DNA of 64,000 nucleotides from the human T2T-CHM13v2.0 reference genome, Homo sapiens. Under the pieces are notes generated by a model, which did not search any database, was not told the DNA's origin, and saw only the letters and a list, made by a program, of their open reading frames with translations. Of the stretch, positions 32,556-52,489 are shown piece by piece (within the stretch, counting starts at the first letter, position 1; each line of letters starts with the position of its first letter). The DNA is taken from assembly GCF_009914755.1 (NCBI RefSeq), contig NC_060936.1; one strand, given 5' to 3'. A program made the position numbers and the translations under genes.

Positions 32556-33380
32556 TCTATCTCTTAACAAAGGTTTTTAAGTTTATCCTGGTCTGAAACA
32601 GAGAGACAGGAGGAATCAGTGCATTTTCCTCCTCCCCTTCAACAATCTCTAATGGCAGCAGTTGTGTTCCCCCATCATTATAGAGTCAACTTTTGCTGTG
32701 GGAAACTAATACAGAGATGAGTATCTCCAGAGACACCTAAGTTGTGAGTTTACTCGGGGCCCTAATTATAACAGGAAAGTTGAAGGCATTTGCCCTTCAC
32801 ATATTCAAATTAACAAGGAAGAGAAATGCAAAGAAAACTCTACAGACTAATGAAATGTCTTCCATTTTACGGAAAGTCACTTCCATTCTGACCTACACAG
32901 TCACTATCAAAGAATAACACTAATAATAAGAATGTTGAGAATGGTAAGAATCTCACCACCACCACCTATCTGTCCAGGCTGGGAGATTAGCAACAGGCGA
33001 AGATGCATTTCCAGCATCTGCCTAAATGCTGAGTTCTGTAAGTACCTCCCCTGTGCCATGCCCCCTGCAAGGCATTATATATCTCCAATCTTTGATAAAA
33101 CTGATCAGCTCTGAAAGGTGGTATTATTACCTACATTTCCAATGGTGGTGGAAATTGACCTCAGTATTAAGTCACTTGACAAAGATATAGTAAGTATAGA
33201 ATCTAGAGGCAAACCTTTTTTTTTTCTGATTCCATAGTTCAGACTCTCAATTTTCACATTGTAACATGTTTGCTTAATAGCTACATTTTACTGTAAAATT
33301 TCTAATTTATCAACTTCTATGTTAAAGTCCCCAGCTTTATTTATTCTATTTTGGATAGTGACACAGAAAGATAAAGTTTA

Positions 33381-33515
<135 letters not shown>

Positions 33516-34044
33516 TCACCTACAAGATATCAGCTGAGAAATGTCCTACTTGATGTACGGAGGAAAATATGTAAAATTTTCCTTGAGGCATACAAAAGCC
33601 TTAAAGGTCTTGCTCATTTTATATAGAATATATTTTTGAAGTCACCATTTCTCCATCTTTCAATAAATATATGGCTGTAACCAGGTAATATATAAAGTAT
33701 TTAACAACTGGAATGGCAAGAGAATCAACCGATTATATCAAGTACTGGCCCGATTTGAACAGCTGTCAGTTATACAGTACAGATGTGTATATCTGTGCCA
33801 ATCAAACTGATCTAAAATACTGGTCAGTAGGTCTACAACCTAACATAAAGGAAACAAAAACCAAAGTAAAAGAAAAATCCTAGTACTAAAAAAGAAAGCC
33901 AAAAAAAAAAATTCAAGTGACCAAGTGGCTTTCATTAAAAGTGAGATGTTCAAAAATTTGGGGCAAAATTTTCAGACTGTGTCAAGCCAGCTGCAATCCT
34001 TGAATGGGAATTTTAACTTTCTGTTAGAAAACTTCTCCACAAGA

Positions 34045-34490
34045 ATTCATAGAAACATAGATGTTTCAAGATGGAAGGTAATTTATTGTAAATTTTCTTT
34101 TTAATCCATGACCCTTTTGTACAATTTCCTTAATCTGTGCTCCCCCAGCGTCTGCATGAAATGCACGCGTGCTGGCCTACTTACTAGATGTGAGGCTGCT
34201 CACTCCACATTTGGACACCAAGGAGTGTTAGAAAGTTCTTCCTAATATTTAACTGATATCTCTTTTCCTTTAACTTTCATCCACTCGTCTTTGTTCTATG
34301 ATCCAGAGCAGTAAAATAAAAATGTATGCTCTCTTTTACAAAAATGCTTTTCCGAAAGTTGAAAACAGAGATTATACGCTGGCTAAATCTCACCTTCTTA
34401 ATGTTGAACAATGCCAGTTTCCTTATCTATTCTTTATGTGACCTGATTTCTTTGCACATCACCATCCTGACTGTCCATCTGGGAGTTTTC
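34045..34490 (-). mobile_element. CR1/L3-like fragment
   Basis: ttagaaagttcttcctaatatttaac... resembles the reverse L3 3' region. Confidence 0.45.
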
Positions 34491-37400
34491 TAGTTTGCCA
34501 ATATCTGATAAATATAAACCTATTGTCAATTATTGCTCCCTTAATGTTTGCCTGCTAGAACAGATGGACATTTCCCAAACCTGGCATAGGCCGAAAGGTC
34601 AACTTATAGAAAATAGCCTAAGAGAAAAATTAAAAGGCATTCACAGTTCCTCAGGAAGGCAAATGCTTCTTTTGTGCTCACTTCTACGACAAGTGATTTG
34701 TTTAGTGTGATTGATTGGTAAAAGCTCTCATTCAGTATTTTATTCTTGCATTGTGTTTAGCTTCTTTAGAAATTCCTCTTTAAAATAAGAAATTCACCAC
34801 TTTCTCAGAAAAAAATTTTAAAATAAAAATTTTAAATGTTACCACAAATGCTTGCCCATATTTATGTAAATACTGTTACATAATTTCTCTTTTGCAAGGT
34901 GATCATAAAGGATAGGTTTGCTTTTCCCTAAAGGAAAACTGATTGAGAAAAGGATGGGGGTCAAAGATAGCAAGAAATCGTTCCATAATTTTGGTTTGTA
35001 TTTACAAATTTCAATATGTAATATCGAATGCTTGTTAAAGTGTGAGGTAGTTTTATATTTCTTGATATGTGGCATTTTACTGTTATTTGTAATGAACCAA
35101 GTTCCCTGTGTGACTTACTTAGGTTCTGGAAGTTTGCAGCAGCAAGGCCAAACAGGAACCACTCAGAGACCAGTGATATTCTCAATCCTGGTGTACATTA
35201 GTATCAACTGGGATGCTTTTTGAAAATATCAATGCCAGGGCCACAGTGCAGACCAAATCTGAACATCAAGCAGCATATGTTAAATGACTAGGCCCACCTA
35301 CAATTTTACATTTGAGAATTACTAGAGAAGGTTTCCTTGTCTAAAGTGTAAAGCAACTTCATGGCAGAGTGCCTTTCCTATCAGTCCAACTCATCTCTTC
35401 TGGCTTGCTTGCATTAACTGAAATTTAACCCTCCAAGGTTTAGGCCAGAACATCATTTTTATTCTATGGATGCAAGCTTCTATTGTTTAGGGAATAAAGG
35501 TTTTAGAACCTGTGACTTATAGCATTAGAAATATAATTCCATTCATCAGCTAAAAGCTTAATGTTGCAAGTTCCATTCTATTAGGTTAGAACTTCTCCCA
35601 TACTAAACAGATATGCTCCATCTGCAATATCTTCTCTTTCCTGACTGTCCTAGTATTTTCTATTGATCTAAGTTTAGCTCAACTCCCATCTATGCCAAAA
35701 TATCTTATCTGCCATACTAATATTTACTCACAGCACTTTCTCATTCTGATTAACCAGTGATTCTTAAGTGATGGGTAGTGACCACCTTTTGAACAGGGAA
35801 AATCCTCCAGATGGACCTCTAACTAATCTAAAAACAGAAATCCTATATTTGATTCTCATTGAGAAATTATTCAAAACTCCAAAAACTTTTATGTTCAACC
35901 AACATATTAAGGGAGTTATTAAGGCCTATAAAAATGCGGTCCTCATAAACTAATACTGGCTTATTGTAACTTAAGTTTTTTAAAATCAGTATAATACTAT
36001 GAAGTCTGATGTCCACACAAATCTAGGCAACATTCAATCATTCACTTATTAAGTGCCTCCACATACCAGGCAGTATTCTAAGCTCACATTATAAAACTCC
36101 TGGATATACACACAGATAGTGGAAATTCCTGCAAACTGTGGGAAGGGTGTTTTACTAACATTACATCATCAGTTGTCTTGAGGTGGTTGTGCATTTCAGT
36201 TGCTTCTATTCTGTTTATTTCTTGATAATAAATTACTCTTGGTTTAGCTCTTTCATTAGTAATTTGATTCGCTATTGACTAACCATACAGTCACTATCAA
36301 TGAATATCTGCAACAGCAGTATATTTTGGTACAGTGTTTCAATAATTAGGCTATGTATGCATGTGATTCAAGAACCTTCTCGTTCAGATCTGTATTGCAA
36401 AACAGATTTGTATATATCACCCTTCAGCCAAAAATTACTTGTACAGTGACTTTTCACTATATTCATCTAGTTATTTTAAACAGAAATTTAGGAATGGTTA
36501 GGGTAAATGATCTTGGGCTCTGTTGCTCCACCTAAAAATAGGCCTTGGTCAGAAAAATGTAATAACTACAAGTCTAAACCTCTCAATGAGTTCCTAGTTC
36601 CACATCCTCTCTACTACTCACTTGAGCACTCTATCAACTTTTGTCTTAAATTCACTGGACTGTAATTCCTTGTAGATCAAGGTATTGTCTTATGACTCCA
36701 TAGTACTTCTTTCCATGCTGACATGTTGACATGTGCTTAATAAACATTTGATTGATTGATTTGTTAAGTGACTGGCACAAAATGAAAGCTACTATTTAAA
36801 ACTCAATCACTTAAGACAAATCCAAATCTGTACAAGTTTATCCACATCTCTTTTATTCTTTGATGCATACATATTTATTAAGATGTTTAATTTTAATTAA
36901 TGTTTTAATAATTTTGATAGAATTTTTACTCTGGTGAAGTATAAAATCTTATAGGTGAAGACAAAAACAATCAAGAAATGTGAACTGTTAAAACATTCCT
37001 GGTGGAGCCAAGTGGCCAAATAGGAACAGCTCCAGTCTACAGCTCCCAGCGTGAGTGACGCAGAAGACGGGTGATTTCTGCATTTCCATCTGAGGTACCA
37101 GGTTCATCTCACTAGGGAGTGCCAGACAGTGGGTGCAGGACAGTGGGTGCAGCGCACCGGGCGCGAGCCAAAGCAGGGTGAGGCAATGCCTCACTCGGGA
37201 AGTGCAAGGGGTCAGGGAGTTCCCTTTCCTAGTCAAAGAAAGGGGTGACAGACGGCACCTGGAAAATCGGGTCACTCCCACCCTAATACTGAGCTTTTCC
37301 AACGGGCTTAAAAAACAGCACACCAGGAGATTATATCCCGTACCTGGCTTGGAGGGTCCTACGCCCATGGAGTCTCGCTGATTGCTAGCACAGCAGTCTG

Positions 37401-38058
37401 AGATCAAACTGCAAGGCGGCAGTGAGGCTGGGGGAGGGTGCCTGCCATTGCCCAGGATTGATTAGGTAAACAAAGCAGCTGGGAAGCTCAAACTGGGCGG
37501 AGCCCACCACAGCTCAAGGAGGCCTGCCTGCCTCTGTAGGATCCACCTCTCGGGGCAGGGCACAGACAAACAAAAAGACAGCAGTAACCTCTGCAGACTT
37601 AAATGTCCCTGTCTGACAGCTTTGAAGAGAGTAGTGGTTCTCCCAGCATGCAGCTGTAGATCTGAGAACAGGCAAACTGCCTCCTCAAGTGGGTCCCTGA
37701 CCCCCGAGCAGACTAACTGGGAGGCACCCCCAAATAGGGGCAGACTGACACCTCACACGGCCGGGTACTCCTCTTAGACAAAACTTCCAGAGGAACGATC
37801 AGGCAGCAGCATTTGCGGATCACCAATATCCGCTGTTCTACAGCCACTGCTGTTCTACAGCCACCGCTGTTCTGCGGCCACCGCTGCTGATACCCAGGCA
37901 AACAGGGTTTGGAGCGGACCTCTAGCAAACTCCAACAGACCTGCAGCTGAGGGTCCTGTCTGTTAGAAGGAAAACTAACAAAGAGAAAGGACATCCACAC
38001 CAAAAACACATCTGTACGTCACCATCATCAAAGACCAAAAGTAGATAAAACCACAAAG

Positions 38059-39069
38059 ATGGGGAAAAAACAGAGCAGAAAAACTGGAAACTCTAAAAAG
38101 CAGAGTGCCTCTCCTCTTCCAAAGGAACGCAGCTCCTCACCAGCAATGGAACAGAGCTGGATGGAGAATGACAAGTTGAGAGAAGAAGACTTCAGACGAT
38201 CAAACTACTCTGAACTACAGGAGGAAATTCAAACCAATGGCAAAGAAGTTAAAAACTTTGAAAAAAAATTAGACGAATGGATACCTAGAATAACCAATGC
38301 AGAGAAGTCCTTAAAGGAGCTGATGGAGCTGAAAGCCAAGGCTTGAGAACTATGTGAAGAATGCAGAAGCCTCAGGAGCCGATGCGCTCAACTGGAAGAA
38401 AGAGTATCAGTGATGGAAGATGAAATGAATGAAATGAAGCAAGAAGGGAAATTCAGAGAAAAAAGAATAAAAAGAAACAAACAAAGCCTCCAAGAAATAT
38501 GGGACTATGTGAAAAGACCAAATCTACGTCTGACTGGTGTACCTGAAAGTGATGGGGAGAATGGAATCAAGTGGGAAAACACTCTGCAGGATATTATCCA
38601 GGAGAACTTCCCCAATCTAGCAAGGCAGGCCAACATTCAGATTCAGGAAATACAGAGAACACCACAAAGATACTCCTCGAGAAGAGCAACTCCAAGACAC
38701 ATAATTGTCAGATTCACCAAAGTTGAAATGAAGGAAAAAATGTTAAAGGCAGCCAGAGAGAAAGGTCGGGTTACCCACAAAGGGAAGCCCATCAGATTAA
38801 CAGCTGATCTCTTGGCAGAAGCTCTACAAGCCAGAAGAGAGTGGGGGCCAATATTCAACATTCTTAAAGAAAATAATTTTCAACCCAGAATTTCATATCC
38901 AGCCAAACTAAGCTTCATAAGTGAAGGAGAAATAAAATACTTTACAGACAAGCAAATGCTGAGAGATTTTGTCACCACCAGGCCTGCCCTAAAAGAACTC
39001 CTGAAGGAAGCACTAAACATGGAAAGGAACAACTGGTACCAGCCGCTGCAAAAACATGCCAAAATGTAA
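38059..39069 (+). pseudogene. L1 ORF1p, interrupted by a TGA at 38344-38346
   Basis: Track ORFs MGKKQSRKTGNSK... and ...WYQPLQKHAKM, separated by a CGA>TGA-type stop. Confidence 0.95.
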
Positions 39070-39132
39070 AGACCATCGAGACTAGGAAGAAACTGCATCA
39101 ACTAACGAGCAAAATCACCAGCTAACATCATA

Positions 39133-42952
<3,820 letters not shown>

Positions 42953-43187
42953 ACAATGAGAACATGGACACAGGAAGGGGAACATCACACTCCGGGGAGT
43001 GTTGTGGGGTGTGGGGATGGGGGAGGGATAGCATTAGGAGATATACCTAATGCTAAATGACAAGTTAATGGATGCAGCACACCAACATGGCACATGTATA
43101 CATATGTAACAAACCTGTACATTGTGCACATGTACCCTAAAACTTAAAGTATAATAATAACAAAATTAAAAAAAAATTTCTGACTGT

Positions 43188-43465
43188 GGAAAACCAAATA
43201 CTGCATGTTCTCACTTATAAGTGGGTGCTAAGCATTGAGTACACATGGACACAAAGAAGGGAACAACAGACACTGAGGCCTATTTGAGGGTGGAGGTTGG
43301 AGGGTGGGAGGAGGAGGAGGATGAGGATTGAAAAACTGATTGAGTATGATGATGATTACTTGGATGACAAAATTATCTGTACCCCAAGCCCCCATGACAT
43401 GCAATTCCCCCATGTAACAAACCTGAACATGTACCCCTTGAACCTAAGATAGAAGTTGGAAAGAA
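43188..43465 (+). mobile_element. Short L1 3' end (L1PA15/16-like)
   Basis: aaaaccaaatactgcatgttctcacttataagtggg...gacacaaagaagggaacaacagacactg...gaacctaagatagaagttgg plus A tail. Confidence 0.88.
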
Positions 43466-43582
43466 AAAAAATCCCTGATGTTTATATAGCTCCCTATTGA
43501 AGCTCATTGTCATCCTATGAGTTGAGAGTTGTTAATGTAGGCACAGTCTTTAAGGAATAAAATTACTAATGAGAAAATATAA

Positions 43583-43917
<335 letters not shown>

Positions 43918-44339
43918 TAGAATTAGTAGTTTTATGATAAGTTGGAGTCACCTGAAATTGTTATTATCAATGCCATACTATAATATGATGACTTGAGCTG
44001 AAGCACATAGATACCCAAGAGATTAGAATCTTCGATCCATTTTTAGAAAGCTACAATAACCAAATGTGTTTCTGGAGAAATTTATTTAAATAAAGTCCCT
44101 TAATCCTAGTGTATTAAATCAAATCAAGCATACTAATCAACATTTTTCAGTGATATCGAAAAATATAAAAGGAAAGACAAAAGACATGTTGAAAAGTATA
44201 GGATGACTGAATTGACAAGGTTTATAAACATTGGCTTTTTGCTCTGTATTAATGAACCAAAAATAGAGCTACATATGGTTTCCAGTTTTATTATCATTCA
44301 ATGTTGCGTTTATTTAAAGAAGAGAAGATTTTTCTAACC

Positions 44340-45453
<1,114 letters not shown>

Positions 45454-46435
45454 TCATTCAATGTGGCATAAAATATTACAGATCCCTGTTGCAAATAAGT
45501 TTTGAGTAATAAGCAACAATTCCTTTTCAAAGAAAATGTTTAAAAAACTGTAATGACATAAAAATACCATAAAACAGTCATCTGTATAAGTGACTCATAT
45601 AGATACAAGTGGAAACAAAATCATAGCTAGCTCATTTCCTTCTATATAGTTCGTTTCTAGATAAGAGGGGGATATTTACATTGTTTAAACTCTACCTAAC
45701 AAGAGAGACAATATTTATATAAGTAGAATTGTTTTCCTTTTGTAAAATGCAAAAACAATATTTTTGTAACACTTGTACAATAACTTCTGTATTTATTTTT
45801 ATTTTGCAGCTGGCACAGGAAGAAAAATTATCATTCTCAGATTGCTATCAACAATTAGGCTGATGCTAATAGATGTTCTGACATATAAATAGCTATTAAA
45901 CTAAGACACAGCAACCCAGATGAAACTTAGAGGGCAAAAGAAATTCTAAGTGCATTTAAAATACTACTACTATCTAAGAAACTACAGATTGACTTAATTT
46001 TACTTGATATATTATGCTTATGTTGTGTTTGCATGATTATCACTTTCATTTAACAAAATGGAATTGTATTGTCAAGCTGCAATCTCTAGTCACATTACAT
46101 ACATGTATGATGGTATAAGGTATATGAAGGTACATTTACTAAAATATTCTGTAAGATTGCTTACAAGAACCTGTTGAGTCATTCTAGTTGTACTATATAC
46201 ACCATTTCTGCATAAAAAAACCCATAAAACTTCCACAAACTGGTATTTTATCATTATGCACAGAGAAATGTTTTTATTCATAGAGACTTGTAATGTGTAG
46301 GAGAATTTTAGATCTTTATTTTGAATTTGTACCTAGTTAATACCATGTTCATTACCAAGTAACACATTTTTTTACATTGCTACTAGATCCTGAAGGGTTT
46401 ATTAGATAAAACTATCAGCAAAAAGTATACAGTCA

Positions 46436-46717
46436 GGCCAGGCGCGGTGGCTCACGCCTGTAATCCCAGCACTTTGGGATGCCAAGGCGGGTGGATCACA
46501 AGGTCAGGAATTCAAGGCCAGCCTGGCTAAGATCGTGAAACCTCATCTCTACTAAAAATGCAAAAATCAGCTGGGCGTGGTGGAAGATGCCTGTAATCCC
46601 AGCTACTTTGGAGGCTGAGGCAGGAGAATCACTTGAACCCGCGGGGGCGGAGGTTGCAGTGAGCTGAGATCGTGCCACTGCACTCCAGCCTGGGTGACAG
46701 AGTGAGACTCTGTCTCA

Positions 46718-46735
<18 letters not shown>
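46436..46735 (+). mobile_element. AluS (Sg-like)
   Basis: Full dimer with an A20 tail. Confidence 0.92.
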
Positions 46736-46797
<62 letters not shown>

Positions 46798-46830
46798 TAC
46801 ATATACATATATACATATATATACACACAC
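46735..46830. repeat. (AT)24 followed by (AC)n and mixed AT/AC microsatellite
   Basis: Read directly from the sequence. Confidence 0.97.
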
Positions 46831-47944
46831 AGGCAGAATCCAAAGGCATTGTTTAAAAAAACTTTTCTTACAGAAATAGCAAGTAGTTTTAGGCTTTAAT
46901 TACAATTATTTTTAATTATCAGAAATTCTGAACCCTCAAGGGAAGAAACATGATTAAGAAAAGTACACATTTAAATTCATAAAACTGTCCACTATCTGGC
47001 TGGGACATAAAGTACAATAAAAATTTGGATCGGCTGAAAAACAACATAAACCTACAGTTCAAAAATGTTTTGGTATACTGCTGATTTAATTAAATGTCAT
47101 ATTCTTGCTATCAGGGGAATTTCAGCTTAGACTAATCAACTAGGAACAGTACTCACAAACAGATGAAAGTGTTGAGGTACAGTTTTAATTAAACAAAAAA
47201 AATTGAGTTCATTCCAAATATTTTCTTATTTCCATGGCCCAACAAGCCACTTGAAGAAATTGGTTAAGAAAATGATTTTTTTTTTGTTCTCTTGGTAAGT
47301 GAGGAAAGGAAAGGATATGGAAAGAAATAATTAATAAGAATTTACTGTGTGCTCAGAACTCTGCAAAAATGGTTTACACATATTATTTCATTTACTCAAT
47401 AAATCAGCTTTCAATGACATATAATTGAATTCTAATTCTGGGCCACCTGTCCTTTTTGGCTGGGTATCTGTTATGGGAATGCAAAGTACTGCAATTTTGA
47501 TTTTGCTGTAGCTAAATCTTGCTGACTATAAAATCTTACAATCAAATTTAAAGTCAATATAAAGGCTCTGTATTTTCTACAGCTTTAGATTATCTACGCT
47601 ATTGTTCTCCATCATTTACAAAGATAAATTTGAATGTTGACTGCGTTTTAATACAATTAATGAAATAGATTTGGTCTTTCTTGTTTTTATTTGCATGGCT
47701 GGCTCTTCATGATTGGGTTTTCACGTGCAGTACCAGACATCCTGCATTGCCATGTAAATTTTACTAATGACTCATACATATGTATGTATACACAAAGTTC
47801 CAATTAAGGTGCTTACCCAAAAGATCAAAAAGTAGGTAGAAACCAAATTCACAATGCAAAAATTCTCCTCGGTCTTTCAATTGTGCTGTTGTCCCTTCTT
47901 TCTACATGTGGATATTCATGTACTTCTACACAGTTATTTTCCTA

Positions 47945-48225
47945 TGGTAGATGAGGTTTTTGAAATTACAAACTCCTTCCCTGCCTCCCTATTCCCTGTC
48001 TCAATAGGAGTTGTGAACTTTCCTACCTCATTATGCTGCACTTGCCCATGTGACTTACTTTTGCCACTAGGATGTTAACAGACACAAGCAGAGGCTGGAA
48101 TTGCACTTACATGGTTGTGCTTGCCCTGTTTTCCCTCTGCCATTGCCACAAGAAGAGCGTCCTCCAGGTAGCTGCTGCTCCCTCAAACTGAATCCCAGAG
48201 TAAATCACATGGAGGAGACCTGAGA
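47945..48225 (+). mobile_element. MLT1 (MLT1I-like) LTR fragment, followed by (CAC)n at ~48255-48283
   Basis: ccatgtgacttactttgcca...ctctgccattgccacaagaagagc...caggtagctgctg. Confidence 0.6.
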
Positions 48226-48630
48226 CTCTTTCTCCCTCTCTCCTCCTCCACTTCACCACCACCACCACCACCACCACCATCATCTGTCTATTTTAGAACT
48301 GAGAAGTCAGAAGGCTGTCAAAGGGACATGCTTTAACACATTTATTTGAGTTAAAAATGACTCCTTAGGATAGAAAGGTCATGTGAGTTAGCTAATGGAG
48401 TAACAGTGAAGAGTGCCTTTGCCAATCAGATTATAGGGCAGACTGTTTTTCATTAAATGAAGTAAACCTGTAGCTCCAAGGTTTGCATGAAAACAGAATC
48501 TAAAGACAGATAAAACAAACAATATGCTAGGAATTGCATCCTTTCTAACTATTCATGCTTATGATAATTTTAGGTGTTAACTAAAAATGGATGAGAATTA
48601 TGTAACATTTCAAAATTCTTTAAGAGTTAA

Positions 48631-48834
<204 letters not shown>

Positions 48835-48843
48835 TAAATATCA

Positions 48844-49154
<311 letters not shown>

Positions 49155-49320
49155 CTAAGATACAGGTTGGTAATATTCTCTCTAAACACAGTCTCAAAGA
49201 ATCACATAATTTTAAAGTCAGAAAGAGCTTTAGAGCTTATATAGACCAATCATTTTATTTTCATAAAGAAACTGAATCTTAGAAAGGGCCAAGGTCAAAC
49301 CAGTTTTCTTCTATCAGATT

Positions 49321-49385
49321 ACACACACACACACACACACACTCACACACACACACACATACACACACTCTCTCTCTCTCTCTCT
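49321..49385. repeat. (CA)n(CT)n compound microsatellite
   Basis: Read directly from the sequence. Confidence 0.95.
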
Positions 49386-50015
49386 TTTCTGATTCTTTCT
49401 GAACTCTGTGGTTAGCTGAGACTCAAACTGCTGTGATCCTGAGATAGCTACCAGTCTTGGCCTTGGGTCGCTTGTCTTTTAGCAGTCAGTTCTCCTTATG
49501 GACCTTCAGGTGTGGATGGCCTGTTTCTGCTCTAGCTGTCTGAGCTAAGTGAAAGGGGAACTTATTAATTCCTTCAACCACTCTCAACTCAAGTATCCGA
49601 TTACTTTCTTCAAATATAGTAGAAAGAGACAGATTATTCTTGGAGAATAGACCCCTTTTGATTTCCGTCACAACAATTCACACTTTTGTGTTTAAAAATA
49701 TTTTGCCCCTTTTCCATCAGCTTTATTGTATGACAGGGAAAAAGATGGTACTGCATAATGACCAAGTCACGATAGGTTTTAACTCCTAAACATTTCTGAT
49801 ACTCATCTCCTTTAACTCTACTAATGCTATTTTTATTTAGGATATCACTTCTCTTTTGGAAAATCCTAACAGTCTTTGGGCTTGTAGCCTCTGGTCTTTT
49901 CTCTATTTTGCCTCCTACAATGATAAATCTAAATACTCAGATCTTATGATGCTGTTCTCCTTTAAGGGCTCCTCACGGCCCACTGGATGCCAAGCTCCAA
50001 CAATATGGCTTATAA

Positions 50016-50473
<458 letters not shown>

Positions 50474-50879
50474 CCCTCTCTGTCTTTCCCTATCTGTTTG
50501 TAGTTTAACTGTGGGCTGGGCTGTCATCTTCCCTTCGCGCTGCACCCTTTGTCTGAAATATTCCTCTTCCCACCTGGCTAGCATGACCTCCTTTAAGTCT
50601 TCCTGGAAACGCCTAGCTCTGAATCACCCACAACACTGGACAAATCTTCACTATTAGCCTTTGCCTAAAAGCTATACTTAGAGTTTCTTTTAGGAAGGGG
50701 TTGTGTTTTATTGATATTCATATCCCCAGAGGAATACAGATGTATAATCAAAGAGCATTAGCTCTAGATAACTGGTTTCTCTTATGTCTTTGGCAATGGT
50801 TTGAGAGAGTAATTTCAAAGCAAACTGACTCATTTAAAGTTAAAAAAAAAAACACAGTACTTTCAGTATAATAATGTAA

Positions 50880-51130
50880 TAATGGTAATAAGGCTAATGT
50901 TATTAGTTACTTACAAAGTGTTTGATAATGGTCTCAATAATGATCATGTGATTATAACATTTAATCATTACAAAAATCCTGCAACTACTATAGCTATTTT
51001 ATAGATTAGAAACTGAAGGCTCAGAGAATTTAAATAACATGCCCAAGGTCACAAAGACAGAAATGAGCAAAGCTGCCATGTAACTGCTGACACAGTCTAA
51101 GCCTTTACACTCTATTTTATTGCCTAGTCT
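50880..51130 (-). mobile_element. MIR
   Basis: attttatagattagaaactgaaggctcagagaatttaaataacatgcccaaggtcaca. Confidence 0.75.
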
Positions 51131-51299
51131 TGCTGAAAACGAAAAAATGTTGTAGCAAGGTTTGTGAACATAGTCTTAAATTGATTTTGTTACAAAATGA
51201 CTACTAAATCTTTGGTGTTAGACTTTATGTGAAGAATACGAACTTGTGACTGATTATGCACATGTTTCCTGAGTACTGGAATCTGATCCCCAAGCTTCG

Positions 51300-52335
51300 A
51301 ACACCATCTATATTCCCATTACTCTCAAATGTATATTTACAGTACAGATCTTTCTCTCAAACTCCAAATCATATCTTCAGGTCTTGACATTTCCTCTTGC
51401 ATGTCAAATAGGCACCTCAAATGTAGTATTTCAAGCCATGAACTGCTGATCTTTCCCTCACAAATCAGCTCTGCCCACATTCTTATCCATTCCTGTTAAC
51501 GGATACTCTGTCCTTCCAGCTGCTCATGCTCAAAACCTTGGGGTTAACTTTGACTCCTCTTTTTCTGCACAACTCACAAATCCATTAGGTAATCCTGTAG
51601 GCTCTCCCTTCAGAACAGATCTGGAATCTGACTGCTTTTCACTGTCTCCACTGCCATCTCTCACATGGATCACTGTAACTGCCCTCCAGCTCATCTCCCA
51701 GCTTCTACCCTGGTCTCTTACAGTCTGTTGTCAACACAGCAGCCAGAGAGCCTCTGAAAACAAATCACATCATGTCACTCCTCTGCCCCAAACCATATAG
51801 TGACTTCCTGTATCATTCAGAGAAAAACTTAAGGTCCTCCCAGTGGCCTATAGTGATACCCCACCCCCTTACATTTCTGACCCCATTTCCTAATTCTCTT
51901 ACTGCTCATTCTGCTATAGCCACACTGTCCTCCTTAATGTTTCTATAACAACCGTAAGTATATTCCTGGCTTTTGGTCTTAGCAATGACTGTTCATTCTT
52001 CCGGGAACTCTTTTCCCCCAGAAATCCATACAACCAACTCCCTCACCTCCTTCACAAGTCATTGACTAATCTCACATTCTCAATGATGCTGTCCTAACCA
52101 CCCTATTTGCAATTGTATTCCCACCCTGATCCCAGCACTCTCAATCCCTCTCCTTGCACTGCTTTTTCGCATAGCATTCATAGTATTCATACTGTATAAT
52201 TATTTATTATGGTTTTATTTTATTATCTGTCTTCTGCTACAATATAAACTCTACTCATGTTCCCCAAGCTCCTAGTACATAGTGGTGGCTGGAACATAGT
52301 AAATGCTCAATAAGTCATTGCTGAACAAATGAATT
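51300..52335 (+). mobile_element. L2 (about 1 kb, including the 3' end)
   Basis: atgtcaaataggcacctcaaa...aaatcacatcatgtcactcctctg...catagtaaatgctcaataagtcattgctgaacaaatgaat. Confidence 0.85.
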
Positions 52336-52489
52336 CTACCAACTCTTCATAATCAACCTGAGTTCTCATTAGTATGGAAGAGCAAAAAGCTATCTCAGGG
52401 TAGCATCCATGTTCATAGCTAATAATAGGAGAGGTGGTGCTAGAACAGCATAAACACTGGGCAGCAGTCATATATCAGTATACCTCACA

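Noticed and set aside
42990-43030. G-quadruplex-forming G runs
   Set aside because: Standard feature of the L1 3' UTR.
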